Of a stretch of 64,000 nt of DNA, positions 1 to 9,526 are shown in pieces. The position numbers and the translations under genes are program-made. Location of the stretch: positions 1,204,752 through 1,268,751 of the forward strand of contig OZ220679.1 of the NCBI GenBank assembly GCA_965116355.1, written 5' to 3'. Numbering within the stretch: position 1 is the stretch's first letter; every line of letters starts with the position of its first letter. The DNA comes from Dehalococcoidia bacterium. GTDB taxonomy: Bacteria; Chloroflexota; Dehalococcoidia; Lucifugimonadales; UBA1127. The notes under the pieces are model-generated. The model worked only from the letters and a program-made list of their open reading frames with translations, made no database searches and had not been told where the DNA came from.

Positions 1-1735
1 CCGCTTGGATGATCGCCTGCACTTCCTGTGCTCCCGGCCTCGCATTGAAGTCGCCCAGCAGGACCGTCCGCTCCTCGTTGTTCCACCGCTTCAGGACGGC
101 GACGGTCTGCGGCAGGCGCAGGTGCCCCTCGTCCCCAACGTGGTGGAAGTGCGTGGCGATGACCCGGAGCCGTGTGCCAATCCCGGTGTCAAGCTCCACC
201 CAAAGGAAGCCCCGGTCCAGGAGGAGGTCGTCATTGTTCGGCATCTCGTGATGCTCGACGTCGGTCATCGGCAGGCGGCTGAGGACGGCGTTGCCCCAGG
301 TGGAGTCGGCCGTCGGCCCCCACACGTACGGCATGTCGAGCCGCTGCGAGAGCCACTCGAGCGTGTCCACCGAGCCGTTGACCAGCCACCCGCGCGATAC
401 CTCGTGCAGCGCGATCACGTCCGGGTCCTCTGCCTCGATGGCGCGGGCGAGCGCCCCCATGTCCAGCGTGCCGTCCGTGCCGAATCCCTGGTGGATGTTG
501 TAGGTCATAAAGCGCAGCGGCAGGCTCCTGGCCGGCCCCGGATCGAGGATGGACCAAGTCGCCATGAGCCCCAGCGGGGCCACGAGCAGGACGGCAGGGC
601 CGAGCGCGGCCCAGAGGTTCCACTCGGGCACGGGGCCCCTGCGCCCCTGCGGGATGACGGCGAGGACGCCCATGATCACCGCCGCAGCGCCCAGCAGCGG
701 CCGCGATTCGACGCCCAGGTCCATGACGTAGCTGGTGTAGTAGACGAAGGCGAGGCCGAGGAAGGCGACCATGCCCACCCCGGCTACCCAGGAAGCGCGG
801 AGCCCCCACCGGTCCTGCGCCAGGGGCCCGCCGCCGACGGATCTCGCCACCATCGTGACCGCCGCCAGATGGCCGAGCAGAAAGGCGACGGCCGCCTGCC
901 ACCCGGTCCAGTTGCCATTCACGGCGGCGAAGAGCACGACGGCCGCCACGCCCATCGCGTACCACGGGACCCTCTCGCGCATCAGCCACGCGACAGCCTG
1001 AAGGCCGGCAATGTTCATCCCAACGATAAACGCGAGCACGGCGGGCTGGTGCCAGTCCGTCAGCGCCGTGAGCTGGGCCGTGTTCTGAAAGAGCAGCAGC
1101 TCCAGGAACAGGAACGGGCCAAGCGCAACAAGCGGCAGCGCGTCGCGCACGGATGGGGCGGTGGGCGAGTCCTCGCCGTCGGTGCGGAGCGCCTCGCGTT
1201 GCACCAGCAACAGCAGCGCGATGGGCAGGCCCAGCCCAATCAGCCCCACCCACGAGCCGGGCTGCCAGGATGCCCCCACCGTGGCGAGCCCCCCCTTGAC
1301 CGCCGTGTCGAGCGCCAGACCCAGCAGCAGGCCGTAGCGCCAGTGCGCGCCGCCCTGCATCGTGGACGTGTCGATGAGCGACTTGGCCAGGGGGATGACC
1401 GGCATGAAGGCGATGACGCCGACGGCCGACAGCATCAGGTCGACCTGCGGCACGGTGACGCTCTGCTCCGCGATCTGGGCCAGCGCCATGACCGCGGCCG
1501 CGCCCACCAGCGTCCGCCGAGGCCCCCACAGGCGCACGGCGACGGGCGTCAGGAACACGGTGCCGAAGGCCAGGAATGCGATCACGCCGAGGCTCGGAGC
1601 GCTGAAGTCCCGGACCTCTCGGAGATAGAAGACGAGGCCGGTGATGAAGAGGCGAATGAGCTGCACGCCCACCGCAAAGGTGAGCGCAACAAACACCACG
1701 TCTATGAGACTTTGAAAACGGAGGGCAGCCTTCAA
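1..1735 (-). CDS. Multi-TM membrane protein with C-terminal endonuclease/exonuclease/phosphatase domain (CWH43/PGAP2IP-like); 3' end runs off the window
   Basis: Frame absent from the ORF track (truncated at the edge). Manual translation gives many hydrophobic helices followed by MTYNIHQGFGTDG, ALHEVSRGWLVNG and GNAVLS, typical EEP motifs. TTG start near 1735 is approximate. Confidence 0.7.
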   Translation of the reverse strand, partial: MKAALRFQSLIDVVFVALTFAVGVQLIRLFITGLVFYLREVRDFSAPSLGVIAFLAFGTVFLTPVAVRLWGPRRTLVGAAAVMALAQIAEQSVTVPQVDLMLSAVGVIAFMPVIPLAKSLIDTSTMQGGAHWRYGLLLGLALDTAVKGGLATVGASWQPGSWVGLIGLGLPIALLLLVQREALRTDGEDSPTAPSVRDALPLVALGPFLFLELLLFQNTAQLTALTDWHQPAVLAFIVGMNIAGLQAVAWLMRERVPWYAMGVAAVVLFAAVNGNWTGWQAAVAFLLGHLAAVTMVARSVGGGPLAQDRWGLRASWVAGVGMVAFLGLAFVYYTSYVMDLGVESRPLLGAAAVIMGVLAVIPQGRRGPVPEWNLWAALGPAVLLVAPLGLMATWSILDPGPARSLPLRFMTYNIHQGFGTDGTLDMGALARAIEAEDPDVIALHEVSRGWLVNGSVDTLEWLSQRLDMPYVWGPTADSTWGNAVLSRLPMTDVEHHEMPNNDDLLLDRGFLWVELDTGIGTRLRVIATHFHHVGDEGHLRLPQTVAVLKRWNNEERTVLLGDFNARPGAQEVQAIIQA

Positions 1736-2084
1736 TGCGCGACCCCTTGGTTTGCTGATGATTTCCAGAAAAACGCGGCGTGCCGCTGCACGGCAACCCT
1801 ATCAAGTCTACGCAATTCACAGCCCCCGTCCAAGTAGCGGCAACGCTTGCCGAAGACGAAAATCGCTGCTCATAAGCAACAATGTTGGATGAGGGGAGAG
1901 GGTGGGTGTTATCACTTCACAAGAGTTGACAGTGGGCGACTTCCTCCTACAAAGTGTGGCTTCACCCCCTGTTCGGCTTCGGCTGCAGGGCGCGAGGCTG
2001 CCGCAAGGCAGCCTCAGCTTTTCCCTGACACGCTCGCAGACTCCTACGGCCCAATCACGAAACCCGCCGGTTGGTAGCCCGCCC

Positions 2085-3236
2085 CTAGAAGAACCGCCCC
2101 CGTGGCTCCAGCCCGAGGATGTGCTGGCCGGCGATCTGGTAGAACTCCGGGCGGCCCTGGATCTGCTGCGTGATCGCGTGCGCGTCCTGGAACTTACGCT
2201 GGATCGGGCTCGTCTCGAAGATGGCACTCGCGCCGAAGACGCCGTAGGCGATGTCGACCACGTCCGCCGACTGCCGGATCGCGTGGGTGCTTGCCAGCCG
2301 CAGGCCGATGCGCTCGTCCATGGAGATGGCGCCGTCCTCCACCGCGCTGCGCCAGAGCTCCGACGCCTTCCGGTCGAGGAAGGCGGCCGCCCCGCCCCAC
2401 AGGGCCTCGGCCCGGCCGATGTCGGCCTGAACGGCGGGCTGGTCGCGAAGCGCTATCTGCTCCTGCGGCGTCTTTCGCATCGCCACCTCCCGCGCAAGGT
2501 CCAGCGCCGACCGCGCGACGCCCAGCGCGACGTTCCCGAACCCCGAGCCGAAGAAGAGGCTCCGCGGCATCAGGTACAGAGGCCCGGGCTCGTTCGGAGT
2601 CTTCGCCTCGTTGTAGGCCCGGCTGGCTGGTACGAAGAGGTCCTTGGTCTCGAAACTGAAGCTGCCCGTTCCCCGGAGCCCGTTCACCTGCCACGAGTCG
2701 TAGAACGTGACCTCTTCCTTGGGGATGATGAACGTCGTCGCGGTGGCGTCGGCGACGCGGTTGATGGCGACGGCCCAGTTGGCCTGCGGCGAGCCGCTGC
2801 TGAAGTTCCACCGGCCCGTCAGCGAGTACCCGCCCTCGACCTCCGTGACCTGCGCGAACTGCGGCGGGCCGTTGCAGAGCACAGAGCGCGGGTCGCTCCA
2901 GACCTCCTCTGCCAGCGGCCTCGGCATCAGCGACGCCATGGTGCCGAGGATGTTGTTCTGGTTGAAGCACCATCCCGTGCTGCCGTCCGCTGCCGAGATG
3001 GCCCGCACCATGGCGAGGTAGTCGAGGTAGTCGACCTCGCCGCCGCCGAGGGAGCGGGGGACGAGCAGGCGGAAGAGGCCCTCGTCGAGCATGTCGGCGG
3101 CGATGTCGACGGGGATGCGCCGCTGCTCCTCGATGGCGTCAGAGGCGGCCGCAATCCGCTCGACGATGCCCTCGAACGCGGGGTCGCCCACGCGGAGGGG
3201 GGCGCGCTCAACGCCTGTCGGCAGGAAATCCGGCAT
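2085..3236 (-). CDS. Acyl-CoA dehydrogenase-like flavin-dependent monooxygenase (HsaA/indole oxygenase type)
   Basis: Motifs GRWNFSSG, WQVNGLRGTGS, GASAIFETSPIQRKFQDAHA. Confidence 0.85.
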   Translation of the reverse strand: MPDFLPTGVERAPLRVGDPAFEGIVERIAAASDAIEEQRRIPVDIAADMLDEGLFRLLVPRSLGGGEVDYLDYLAMVRAISAADGSTGWCFNQNNILGTMASLMPRPLAEEVWSDPRSVLCNGPPQFAQVTEVEGGYSLTGRWNFSSGSPQANWAVAINRVADATATTFIIPKEEVTFYDSWQVNGLRGTGSFSFETKDLFVPASRAYNEAKTPNEPGPLYLMPRSLFFGSGFGNVALGVARSALDLAREVAMRKTPQEQIALRDQPAVQADIGRAEALWGGAAAFLDRKASELWRSAVEDGAISMDERIGLRLASTHAIRQSADVVDIAYGVFGASAIFETSPIQRKFQDAHAITQQIQGRPEFYQIAGQHILGLEPRGRFF

Positions 3237-3343
3237 TGCTCTCCCTCAGTGGCCTCGGCGCGCCGGTTGGGCTCACGCCAAGCGCCCGATGGTCCGTAAC
3301 ACGGGGCATTCTACCGCAGAACGCGCGGGGGTGGGGCGGGCGA

Positions 3344-4444
3344 TTACCCCGCCAGCAGCTCCGCGCAGTTGAGGTCGGCTATGGCGGCGTCGAAGCGGGC
3401 GAGGGCGCCGTGGAGGTAGGTGATCGCGCGTTCGCCCTCGTAGACGCAGTAGCCGCCGGTGATGATCCAGAAGACCAGGATTTCCAGCATGGAGAGCCGG
3501 TAGTCCTCCACGCACTCATCGAATGAGTAGTCCGAGACCCCGTGCTCCCTCAGCGTGGCGTGGTAGAGGCGGAGCAGGTCCATCTCCACAGCCCGGCGTT
3601 GCTCGGTGGAAAAGCTCTCGCTGACGAACGTCGCCACGTCGTAGGCGCCCCGGCCGCGCACGCAGAACTCCCAGTCGAAGACCACGAGGGGCGGCGCGCC
3701 CTCAGCCGAGGGGAAGAAGAAGTTGTCCAGCCTGAAGTCGCCGTGGAGTATCGTCTGCGGCGCGCGCACGAGCCTCGACTTGATGGCCGCAACGGTCGTC
3801 TCAAGGCGGTCGCCGACGTCGCGCATGCCCGCGGGCAGACCGGCGCCCGCCTTTTCCGCGAACTCCCGCCAGCCGTCGGCGTAGACTTCCGCGTAGAAGG
3901 CGGCCTCGCTGTCCTTCGAGGGCAGCCAGTCCAGCGGGTCCAGCCGCGGGCTGCCCCACCACGCGGCCTGGAACCGCGCGAGCTGCGTGACGGCAAGCGC
4001 GGCCTCCTCCGGCGTACAGCCTGCGACGCTGTCGCCCTGCCGGAAGTCGCTGAGGTCCTCCAGCAGGAGGGCCGTGTCGCCCGTCGACGGGTCCGCGCCG
4101 CAGTAGTAGCTGAGCGGGGTGTGCAACAGGCCGTCGGCCACTCGCTGCCGGTAGAACAGCGCCTCCCGCTGGTTCTGCCCCACCCGGTCGAAGTACGAGC
4201 GCATGTGCGGGTCCGAGGAGGGCAGCTTGAGGACCAGCGAGCGCGGCAGGCCGGCGGGGTCGCCGTCGTACTCGAGCCGCAGGCGGTAGAGCTGGCTCAT
4301 GAACCCCGTGCCGTCGCCGATGAGCTCGGCGGCGTAGTCGACGACTGACGCGCCGGTCGCCCTGCCGTCGCAAAGGGCGGCGGTCAGCCAGGAGGGGGTG
4401 ACCTCCCGCAGGTCCCTGGGCACGTTCAGTTCACTCATAGCCAT
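3344..4444 (-). CDS. Aminoglycoside phosphotransferase/EcKinase-family kinase
   Basis: HGDFRLDNFFF and VFDWE kinase motifs; start trimmed to MAMSELNVP. Confidence 0.8.
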   Translation of the reverse strand: MAMSELNVPRDLREVTPSWLTAALCDGRATGASVVDYAAELIGDGTGFMSQLYRLRLEYDGDPAGLPRSLVLKLPSSDPHMRSYFDRVGQNQREALFYRQRVADGLLHTPLSYYCGADPSTGDTALLLEDLSDFRQGDSVAGCTPEEAALAVTQLARFQAAWWGSPRLDPLDWLPSKDSEAAFYAEVYADGWREFAEKAGAGLPAGMRDVGDRLETTVAAIKSRLVRAPQTILHGDFRLDNFFFPSAEGAPPLVVFDWEFCVRGRGAYDVATFVSESFSTEQRRAVEMDLLRLYHATLREHGVSDYSFDECVEDYRLSMLEILVFWIITGGYCVYEGERAITYLHGALARFDAAIADLNCAELLAG

Positions 4445-4476
4445 ATCGTGGACTCCGTGACGAAGCGCCTGGATGC

Positions 4477-5187
4477 TCAGACGCCGAACATGTCGATGAA
4501 CTGGCCGGTCATGAGGCTGGGGGCTCGCGCCGCGAGGTAGAGGGCCGCCTCTGCCATCTGCTCCGGCGTGATCCAGTCGGGGCCGCCCTCGGGCATTTCC
4601 GCCCGCGCCATGTCCGTGTCCACCCAGTCGGGGTTGATGCCGTTGACCTGGATGCCGTAGGGACGGAGCGAGTGGGCTAAGGAGGCCGTGTACCCTACGA
4701 CGCCGTACTTGGAGGCGACGTACGCCCCGTAGTCGCCCTCCGGCACGCGGCCTGACGACGACCCGATGTTGATGATGACTCCCCGCTCCCGCCGCATCAT
4801 GTGCGGCACGACGGCCCGGCACACGAGGAACATGCCGCGCAGATTGGTGTTCATCACGTCGTCCCACTGCTCGACGGTGGTGGCCCAGACGGGGACGCCG
4901 TAGTGGATGACGCCGGCGTTGTTGACGAGGACGTCGATTCGCCCCCAGGCGCCGACGACCTCCTCCGCCACCCGGACGGCGTCGTCCTCGCGGGTCACGT
5001 CGAGCGCGAAGGCCTGCGCCTCACCGCCGGCCGCGCGGATCTCGTCGACGACGGGTGCGAGCCGGTCCAGGTCTCGCCCGGTGACCGCGGTCCGCGCGCC
5101 CTCCCTGGCGAACGCAACGGCGATGGCCCGGCCGATACCGCGCCCGGCGCCCGTGACCAGCGCAACTTTGTCCTGCAACAACGGCAC
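4477..5187 (-). CDS. Short-chain dehydrogenase/reductase
   Basis: TGAGRGIG, NNAG, YVASK; GTG start after a GAGGG RBS. Confidence 0.9.
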   Translation of the reverse strand: MPLLQDKVALVTGAGRGIGRAIAVAFAREGARTAVTGRDLDRLAPVVDEIRAAGGEAQAFALDVTREDDAVRVAEEVVGAWGRIDVLVNNAGVIHYGVPVWATTVEQWDDVMNTNLRGMFLVCRAVVPHMMRRERGVIINIGSSSGRVPEGDYGAYVASKYGVVGYTASLAHSLRPYGIQVNGINPDWVDTDMARAEMPEGGPDWITPEQMAEAALYLAARAPSLMTGQFIDMFGV

Positions 5188-5345
5188 GCTCTCGTCCCTC
5201 TGACAACCTCCTCGGAGGCCCACTCGCCGGTGCGCGGCGTCTTCGTCGACGGCAGAAGCTAACACAAGGCACAGCGCTGACCGGTTGCGGCATCGTACCA
5301 CAAGTGAACAGCCCGCCGGGTTGGCGGGCGCACTCGGCGGGGCGC

Positions 5346-6398
5346 CTACTCGAACGCCAGCACCCGTGCCGGGTTGTCCACGGTGATGGCGTGGATGACG
5401 TCCTCGGAGAACCCCTTGCGCCGCATCTTGGGCACGATGTTCTCCAGGATGTGGCCGTAGCCGTGGCCGCCGTACTGCACCAGCCGGTGCTTGTGGCAGA
5501 TGTCCTGCCCCATGACCACCTTGTCGGCATAGCCCGCGTCGGCCATGCGGCGGATGAACTCAAGCCGCTGGGCGTCGCTGGGCATGTCGATCTCCGCGAG
5601 GGGGTAGTAGGAGCCCTCGTTGCCAAAGAGGTCCCACTCCATGTAGCAGCCGGTGGCGGCGATGCGCAGCAGGCCCCCGTCCTCGAAGACGGTGCGGTCC
5701 AGGTGGCCCATGATGACGCGCGACACGTCGGCGCCGGCTTGTGACAGCACGTCGAGTATCTCCATCGGCGCGTCCGGGTGGCGTCCGGGGTGGATGAGGA
5801 TGGCGGCGCCCGTCTCCTGCTGCGCTATGGCGCCCGCCGCCAGCGACTTCCGTTCATTGGGCGCGAGGGGCCACGTGCAGCCGATCTCGCCGATGATGCC
5901 CGCCTTCACGCCGCTGTCGCCCACGCCGTCGACGATGTCGCCGATGATCTCGCGTGCGATGCCCTCGTCGGTGCGCGCGTCCATGTCCTCGGGGTGGACG
6001 GCGGCGACGTAGTGCCCGGAGCCCATGACGACGTGCACGCCGGTCTCGCTGGAGATGCGGGCCAGCGCCTCCGGGTTGCGCCCGATGCCGAGCGACGTGG
6101 CGTCCACGATGCTGCCGCCGCCGAGGTCGCGGAACTTCCGCACCTCGCTGATGATCTGCTCCGTCTCCATCAGCGTGAGGTTGAAGTGGTTGCTGTAGTA
6201 GTTGCGCCGAATCCACGCCAGGTTGTCCAGGGCAATGGTCGCGTCCGCCATCTCCGGCCGCGGGGAGTCCTGCGCCGGGCGGTACATGAACGAGAAGTCG
6301 ATGTAGAGGTGCTCGTGCGTGGTGGTGGGGCCCAGCTCCGATGCGGGCAACAGGCCGAGCACGGTCTGGACAAGGCCCTGCTTCTCGCTTGATGGCAT
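5346..6398 (-). CDS. Phosphotriesterase-related amidohydrolase
   Basis: TTTHEHL, GIIGEIG, HPGR, GHLDR, GQDIC; PTE family pattern. Confidence 0.9.
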   Translation of the reverse strand: MPSSEKQGLVQTVLGLLPASELGPTTTHEHLYIDFSFMYRPAQDSPRPEMADATIALDNLAWIRRNYYSNHFNLTLMETEQIISEVRKFRDLGGGSIVDATSLGIGRNPEALARISSETGVHVVMGSGHYVAAVHPEDMDARTDEGIAREIIGDIVDGVGDSGVKAGIIGEIGCTWPLAPNERKSLAAGAIAQQETGAAILIHPGRHPDAPMEILDVLSQAGADVSRVIMGHLDRTVFEDGGLLRIAATGCYMEWDLFGNEGSYYPLAEIDMPSDAQRLEFIRRMADAGYADKVVMGQDICHKHRLVQYGGHGYGHILENIVPKMRRKGFSEDVIHAITVDNPARVLAFE

Positions 6399-6491
6399 GG
6401 CCCAACTCCTTGCTGTAAGCTGGCGCGCAGGGTATCACCGGCCCCGTCTCGCGCGCAAAGCGGGTAGTTGAAACCGGGAGGAGAGGGCGTC

Positions 6492-7634
6492 ATGAGGTTT
6501 GCGGCGTTCACGACCGTTGCGGCGTCGGCGGGCGAGGCGGCCAGCGCGTCCGAGATGGTGGACAACCTCCGCCAGCAGGCCGTGCTGGCCGAGGAGCTCG
6601 GCTTCGAGACCATCTGGCTGGGCGAGCACCACTTCGGCCCCTACGGCATCGGCGACCTGCCGAACCCCATCCTCCTCGGCGCGGACCTGGCGGCGAGGAC
6701 ATCGCGAATCCGCATCGGGCAGATGGCGAACATCGCGCCGTGGTGGCACCCGATCCGGCTCGCGGAGGACATCGCCATCCTCGACAACCTGACGGGCGGG
6801 CGCGTGGAGGCGGGCTTCGGCAGGGGCATCTGGCCGTACGAGGGGCCCCAGTTCCACCCCAACGCCAACCCCCGGCTGGAGCGGGAGAGCCGGGAGCTCT
6901 TCAGCGAGACGGTCGAGATCGTCCGCAAGATCTGGACCGAGGAATTCTTCTCGCACAGCGGCGAGAACTACACGTTCCCCGTCGACGGCACCGTTTTCTC
7001 GCACCCGCGGTTCGCGCCGGACCCGGCGTGGCAGGACGGCGAGCGGGTCACGCGGCTGCGGGTGACGCCGAAGCCCTTGCAGAAGCCGCACCCGCCCCTG
7101 TGGATGACGGTCTCCACGGACCGCTCCGTGACGACGGCGGCCGAGCTGGGCCTGAAGGCCTGCTACTGGCAACCCCCGCCGCGCCGGGTCAGGCAGCGCA
7201 TGGAGCTGTACGCGCAGGTCCGCTCCGAGCGCGAGGGGCGGCCCTTCCGCGTCGGCGAGGACCAGGCCGTGATGCGCTCGACGTACGTGGCGTCGTCGAT
7301 GGAGGAGGCGCGTCGGGACGCCGAGGCGGGCATCATGTCGGCGTTCATCTTCAACGACCCCTTCCGCGGGATGCAGGTCTTCTCCAACCCGGACGAGGAG
7401 ATGGACCCGGCCGGGAAGCTGGACTGGGACTTCCTGGAGCCGCGCACGTTGCTGGTCGGCTCGCCGGAGCACGTGACGGAGAAGGTGCACGAGCTGCAGG
7501 AGGTGTGCGGCCTCGAATATCTGCTGGTGGAGTTCGCGCACATGGGGATGCCGGTGCAGAAGACGCTCAAGAACCTCGAGGCCTTTGCAACGAAGGTGAT
7601 GCCGAGATTCGCGGAGAACGGCAACCAGGGGTGA
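6492..7634 (+). CDS. Luciferase-like (LLM class) flavin-dependent monooxygenase
   Basis: AEELGFETIWLGEHHF, HPIRLAEDIAILDNLTGGR, PKPLQKPHPP. Confidence 0.9.
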   Translation: MRFAAFTTVAASAGEAASASEMVDNLRQQAVLAEELGFETIWLGEHHFGPYGIGDLPNPILLGADLAARTSRIRIGQMANIAPWWHPIRLAEDIAILDNLTGGRVEAGFGRGIWPYEGPQFHPNANPRLERESRELFSETVEIVRKIWTEEFFSHSGENYTFPVDGTVFSHPRFAPDPAWQDGERVTRLRVTPKPLQKPHPPLWMTVSTDRSVTTAAELGLKACYWQPPPRRVRQRMELYAQVRSEREGRPFRVGEDQAVMRSTYVASSMEEARRDAEAGIMSAFIFNDPFRGMQVFSNPDEEMDPAGKLDWDFLEPRTLLVGSPEHVTEKVHELQEVCGLEYLLVEFAHMGMPVQKTLKNLEAFATKVMPRFAENGNQG

Positions 7635-7670
7635 GGCGGGCCGCGCCGGTGTGCTCGATAGACGCCAGGC

Positions 7671-9038
7671 CTAGCCGGGGCGAGCCGCGAGCATCTCCGC
7701 GACCTGCATCGCGGCGCCCTCGCCGCTCGAGAGGGCGCCGTTGACCGCCGGCACGCGCATGTAGTCGCCCGCCAGGACCAGGTTGTCGATGCTCCCCGCG
7801 ACCTGCTGCGGCACGTCCGCCATCGCCGCAAGCATCCCCGGCTCTCCCATGCAGAGCGCCTCGTCCCAGCGGTACACGCGGTAGAAGAGGCCCTCGTCGT
7901 CGCCGGGGAGGGCTGACCCCGGAGGCGCCTTGCGGCGGGCGGCGCCCAGCAGCTCGCGCTTGATCTCCTCGTCGGAGAGTGGGATGAGCTCCTTCGCGCG
8001 GTCGCGGCCGATGAGCAAGTCGAGGATGCTCTTGCCCGGCGGCGCGCAGGCGGGCAGGAAGGCCGTCCGGTTCAGCAGCAGCGGGGTGTCGTCGTCCTCC
8101 GGGAAGAGCGCGCCGTGCCAGCCGGGAGGCAGCGGGGAGCGGTCGAGGCCAATCACGACCCGGCAGCCCGTCGAGTAGCTGACGGTGCCGAGCGCACGGC
8201 GTGTCTCCTCCGGCAGCTCCGGGATGATGCCGGTGACCCTCGTGCCGGGGACGGCGCAGATGACGGCGTCGGCCTCGATGGTCTCGCCGTCGACGACCAC
8301 CCCGGTCGCTGCGCCGCCTTCGACGACGATGCGCCGGACCGGCGTCGATACGCGCGTCACTTCGGAACAGTATGCGGCGAGGGCTTCGCTGAGGGAGCCG
8401 ATGCCCCGCTCTGGCATGTAGACCCTGCCGGAGTGCAGCATGGTCTCGCCGATGTAGGCCCGCATCAGCGCTTGCCCGGCGGGCATCGGGTCGCCCAGGA
8501 TCATGTCGAGGGGGCCCCGGAGCGTCACCTGCAGGGTCTCGGGAACGCGGAGGCGCTCCAGGTACGCGCCGAAGGACTCGTCGTCATCGATCTCGGCTAG
8601 GGGGCTGTCGCCGGCGAAGCTCATGTACGGCGCCTGTCCATGGATCTCGCGCATCACCCTCATGCCGGAACGCATGCCCGCGGGCGATAGGAAGCCCATG
8701 GTGATGGCCGTGCGAAAGTGGCGTATGAAGTTCCAGAAGGACTGGTCCGGCGTCGTGGTGACCCAGCGCCCCTTGCGGTAGTGGCCGAACTTCATCATCG
8801 AGGGCACCAGCGGCAGCCCGAGCTCCCCGCAGAGGCGGAAGGCGGTGTCGTAGGTGGAGGTGAAGACGAACGCCCCCATGTCGAGCGAGAACCCGTCCAC
8901 CTTCTCGCCCCTGCCGCGGCCGCCCGCGCGGTCCTCGGCCTCCAGCAGGAGGGGCGTGATGCCCCGCTTCATCAGCGTGTAGGCGGCGCACAGCCCGGCA
9001 AACCCCCCACCAACTATGACAACCCGCTTGTCGCTCAT
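7671..9038 (-). CDS. FAD-dependent oxidoreductase (protoporphyrinogen oxidase/amine oxidase family)
   Basis: VVIVGGGFAGL...EAEDRAGGR and C-terminal LAGDY...NGALSSG. Confidence 0.8.
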   Translation of the reverse strand: MSDKRVVIVGGGFAGLCAAYTLMKRGITPLLLEAEDRAGGRGRGEKVDGFSLDMGAFVFTSTYDTAFRLCGELGLPLVPSMMKFGHYRKGRWVTTTPDQSFWNFIRHFRTAITMGFLSPAGMRSGMRVMREIHGQAPYMSFAGDSPLAEIDDDESFGAYLERLRVPETLQVTLRGPLDMILGDPMPAGQALMRAYIGETMLHSGRVYMPERGIGSLSEALAAYCSEVTRVSTPVRRIVVEGGAATGVVVDGETIEADAVICAVPGTRVTGIIPELPEETRRALGTVSYSTGCRVVIGLDRSPLPPGWHGALFPEDDDTPLLLNRTAFLPACAPPGKSILDLLIGRDRAKELIPLSDEEIKRELLGAARRKAPPGSALPGDDEGLFYRVYRWDEALCMGEPGMLAAMADVPQQVAGSIDNLVLAGDYMRVPAVNGALSSGEGAAMQVAEMLAARPG

Positions 9039-9106
9039 GTGCCGCGGCTCCCTCTATGGCGCTCCGCGCCCATTGTGCCGTCGAGTTGCGCAGGCGGGCA
9101 AGCGGT

Positions 9107-9190
9107 TGGTGGGGATGCCGGGACTCGAACCCGGACGCCAAAGGCACATGGTCCTAAGCCATGCTCGTCTGCCAATTCCGACACATCCCC
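9107..9190 (-). tRNA. tRNA-Leu(TAG)
   Basis: GGGGATG/CATCCCC acceptor stem, anticodon arm CATGG-CTTAGGA-CCATG, long variable arm, GGTTCGAGTCC T-loop, encoded CCA. Confidence 0.95.
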
Positions 9191-9229
9191 AGCGGCGGTG
9201 GGCGCTCGTGACGGCAATGGTTGGGGGAG

Positions 9230-9303
9230 TGACCCGCCTCGGACTCGAACCGAGAACCCACTGATTAAGAGTCAGTTGCTCTGCCAAATTGAGCTAGCGG
9301 GCC
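9230..9303 (-). tRNA. tRNA-Lys(CTT)
   Basis: GGCCCGC/GCGGGTC acceptor stem, ACTGA-CTCTTAA-TCAGT anticodon arm, GGTTCGAGTCC; CCA not encoded. Confidence 0.95.
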
Positions 9304-9332
9304 ATCGCTCTGGGGTAGGGATTCCATAGCTG

Positions 9333-9362
9333 AATGTAGCATCGCGCGTATTGGAGTGTCAA
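9333..9362 (-). promoter_or_regulatory. Sigma70-type promoter for the tRNA pair
   Basis: TTGACA-18bp-TACATT, with an extended -10 TG, upstream of tRNA-Lys. Confidence 0.65.
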
Positions 9363-9379
9363 GCTGAGCGGGGCCCTCG

Positions 9380-9483
9380 CCGTTCGTCGTGCGCCTGTCC
9401 CTCGCCGTTCGTGGTGAGCCTGTCTCTGCCGTTCGTGGTGAGCCTGTCGGACCACGGCCCTTCGACGCGCTCAGCGCGAACGG
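9380..9483. repeat. REP-like family A cluster (CCGTTCGTGGTGAGCCTGTC x3 plus an inverted copy)
   Basis: Three tandem ~25-bp units followed by CCCTTCGACGCGCTCAGCGCGAACGG. Confidence 0.8.
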
Positions 9484-9526
9484 AGGGGCGTTGTGTGACG
9501 CCGCCCCCGCACCTACACTCAGGCGC

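Noticed and set aside
5-1837. 610-aa plus-strand ORF (and the 529-aa minus-strand ORF at 231-1820)
   Set aside because: Shadow frames of the minus-strand EEP membrane protein; Arg/Gly/Pro-rich with no motifs.
9107-9303. tRNA-targeted integrated element
   Set aside because: No integrase, and no duplicated tRNA 3' end was noticed in the window.
9380-9483. Possible CRISPR array
   Set aside because: Units are adjacent with no unique spacers, match the dispersed REP family, and no cas genes are present.
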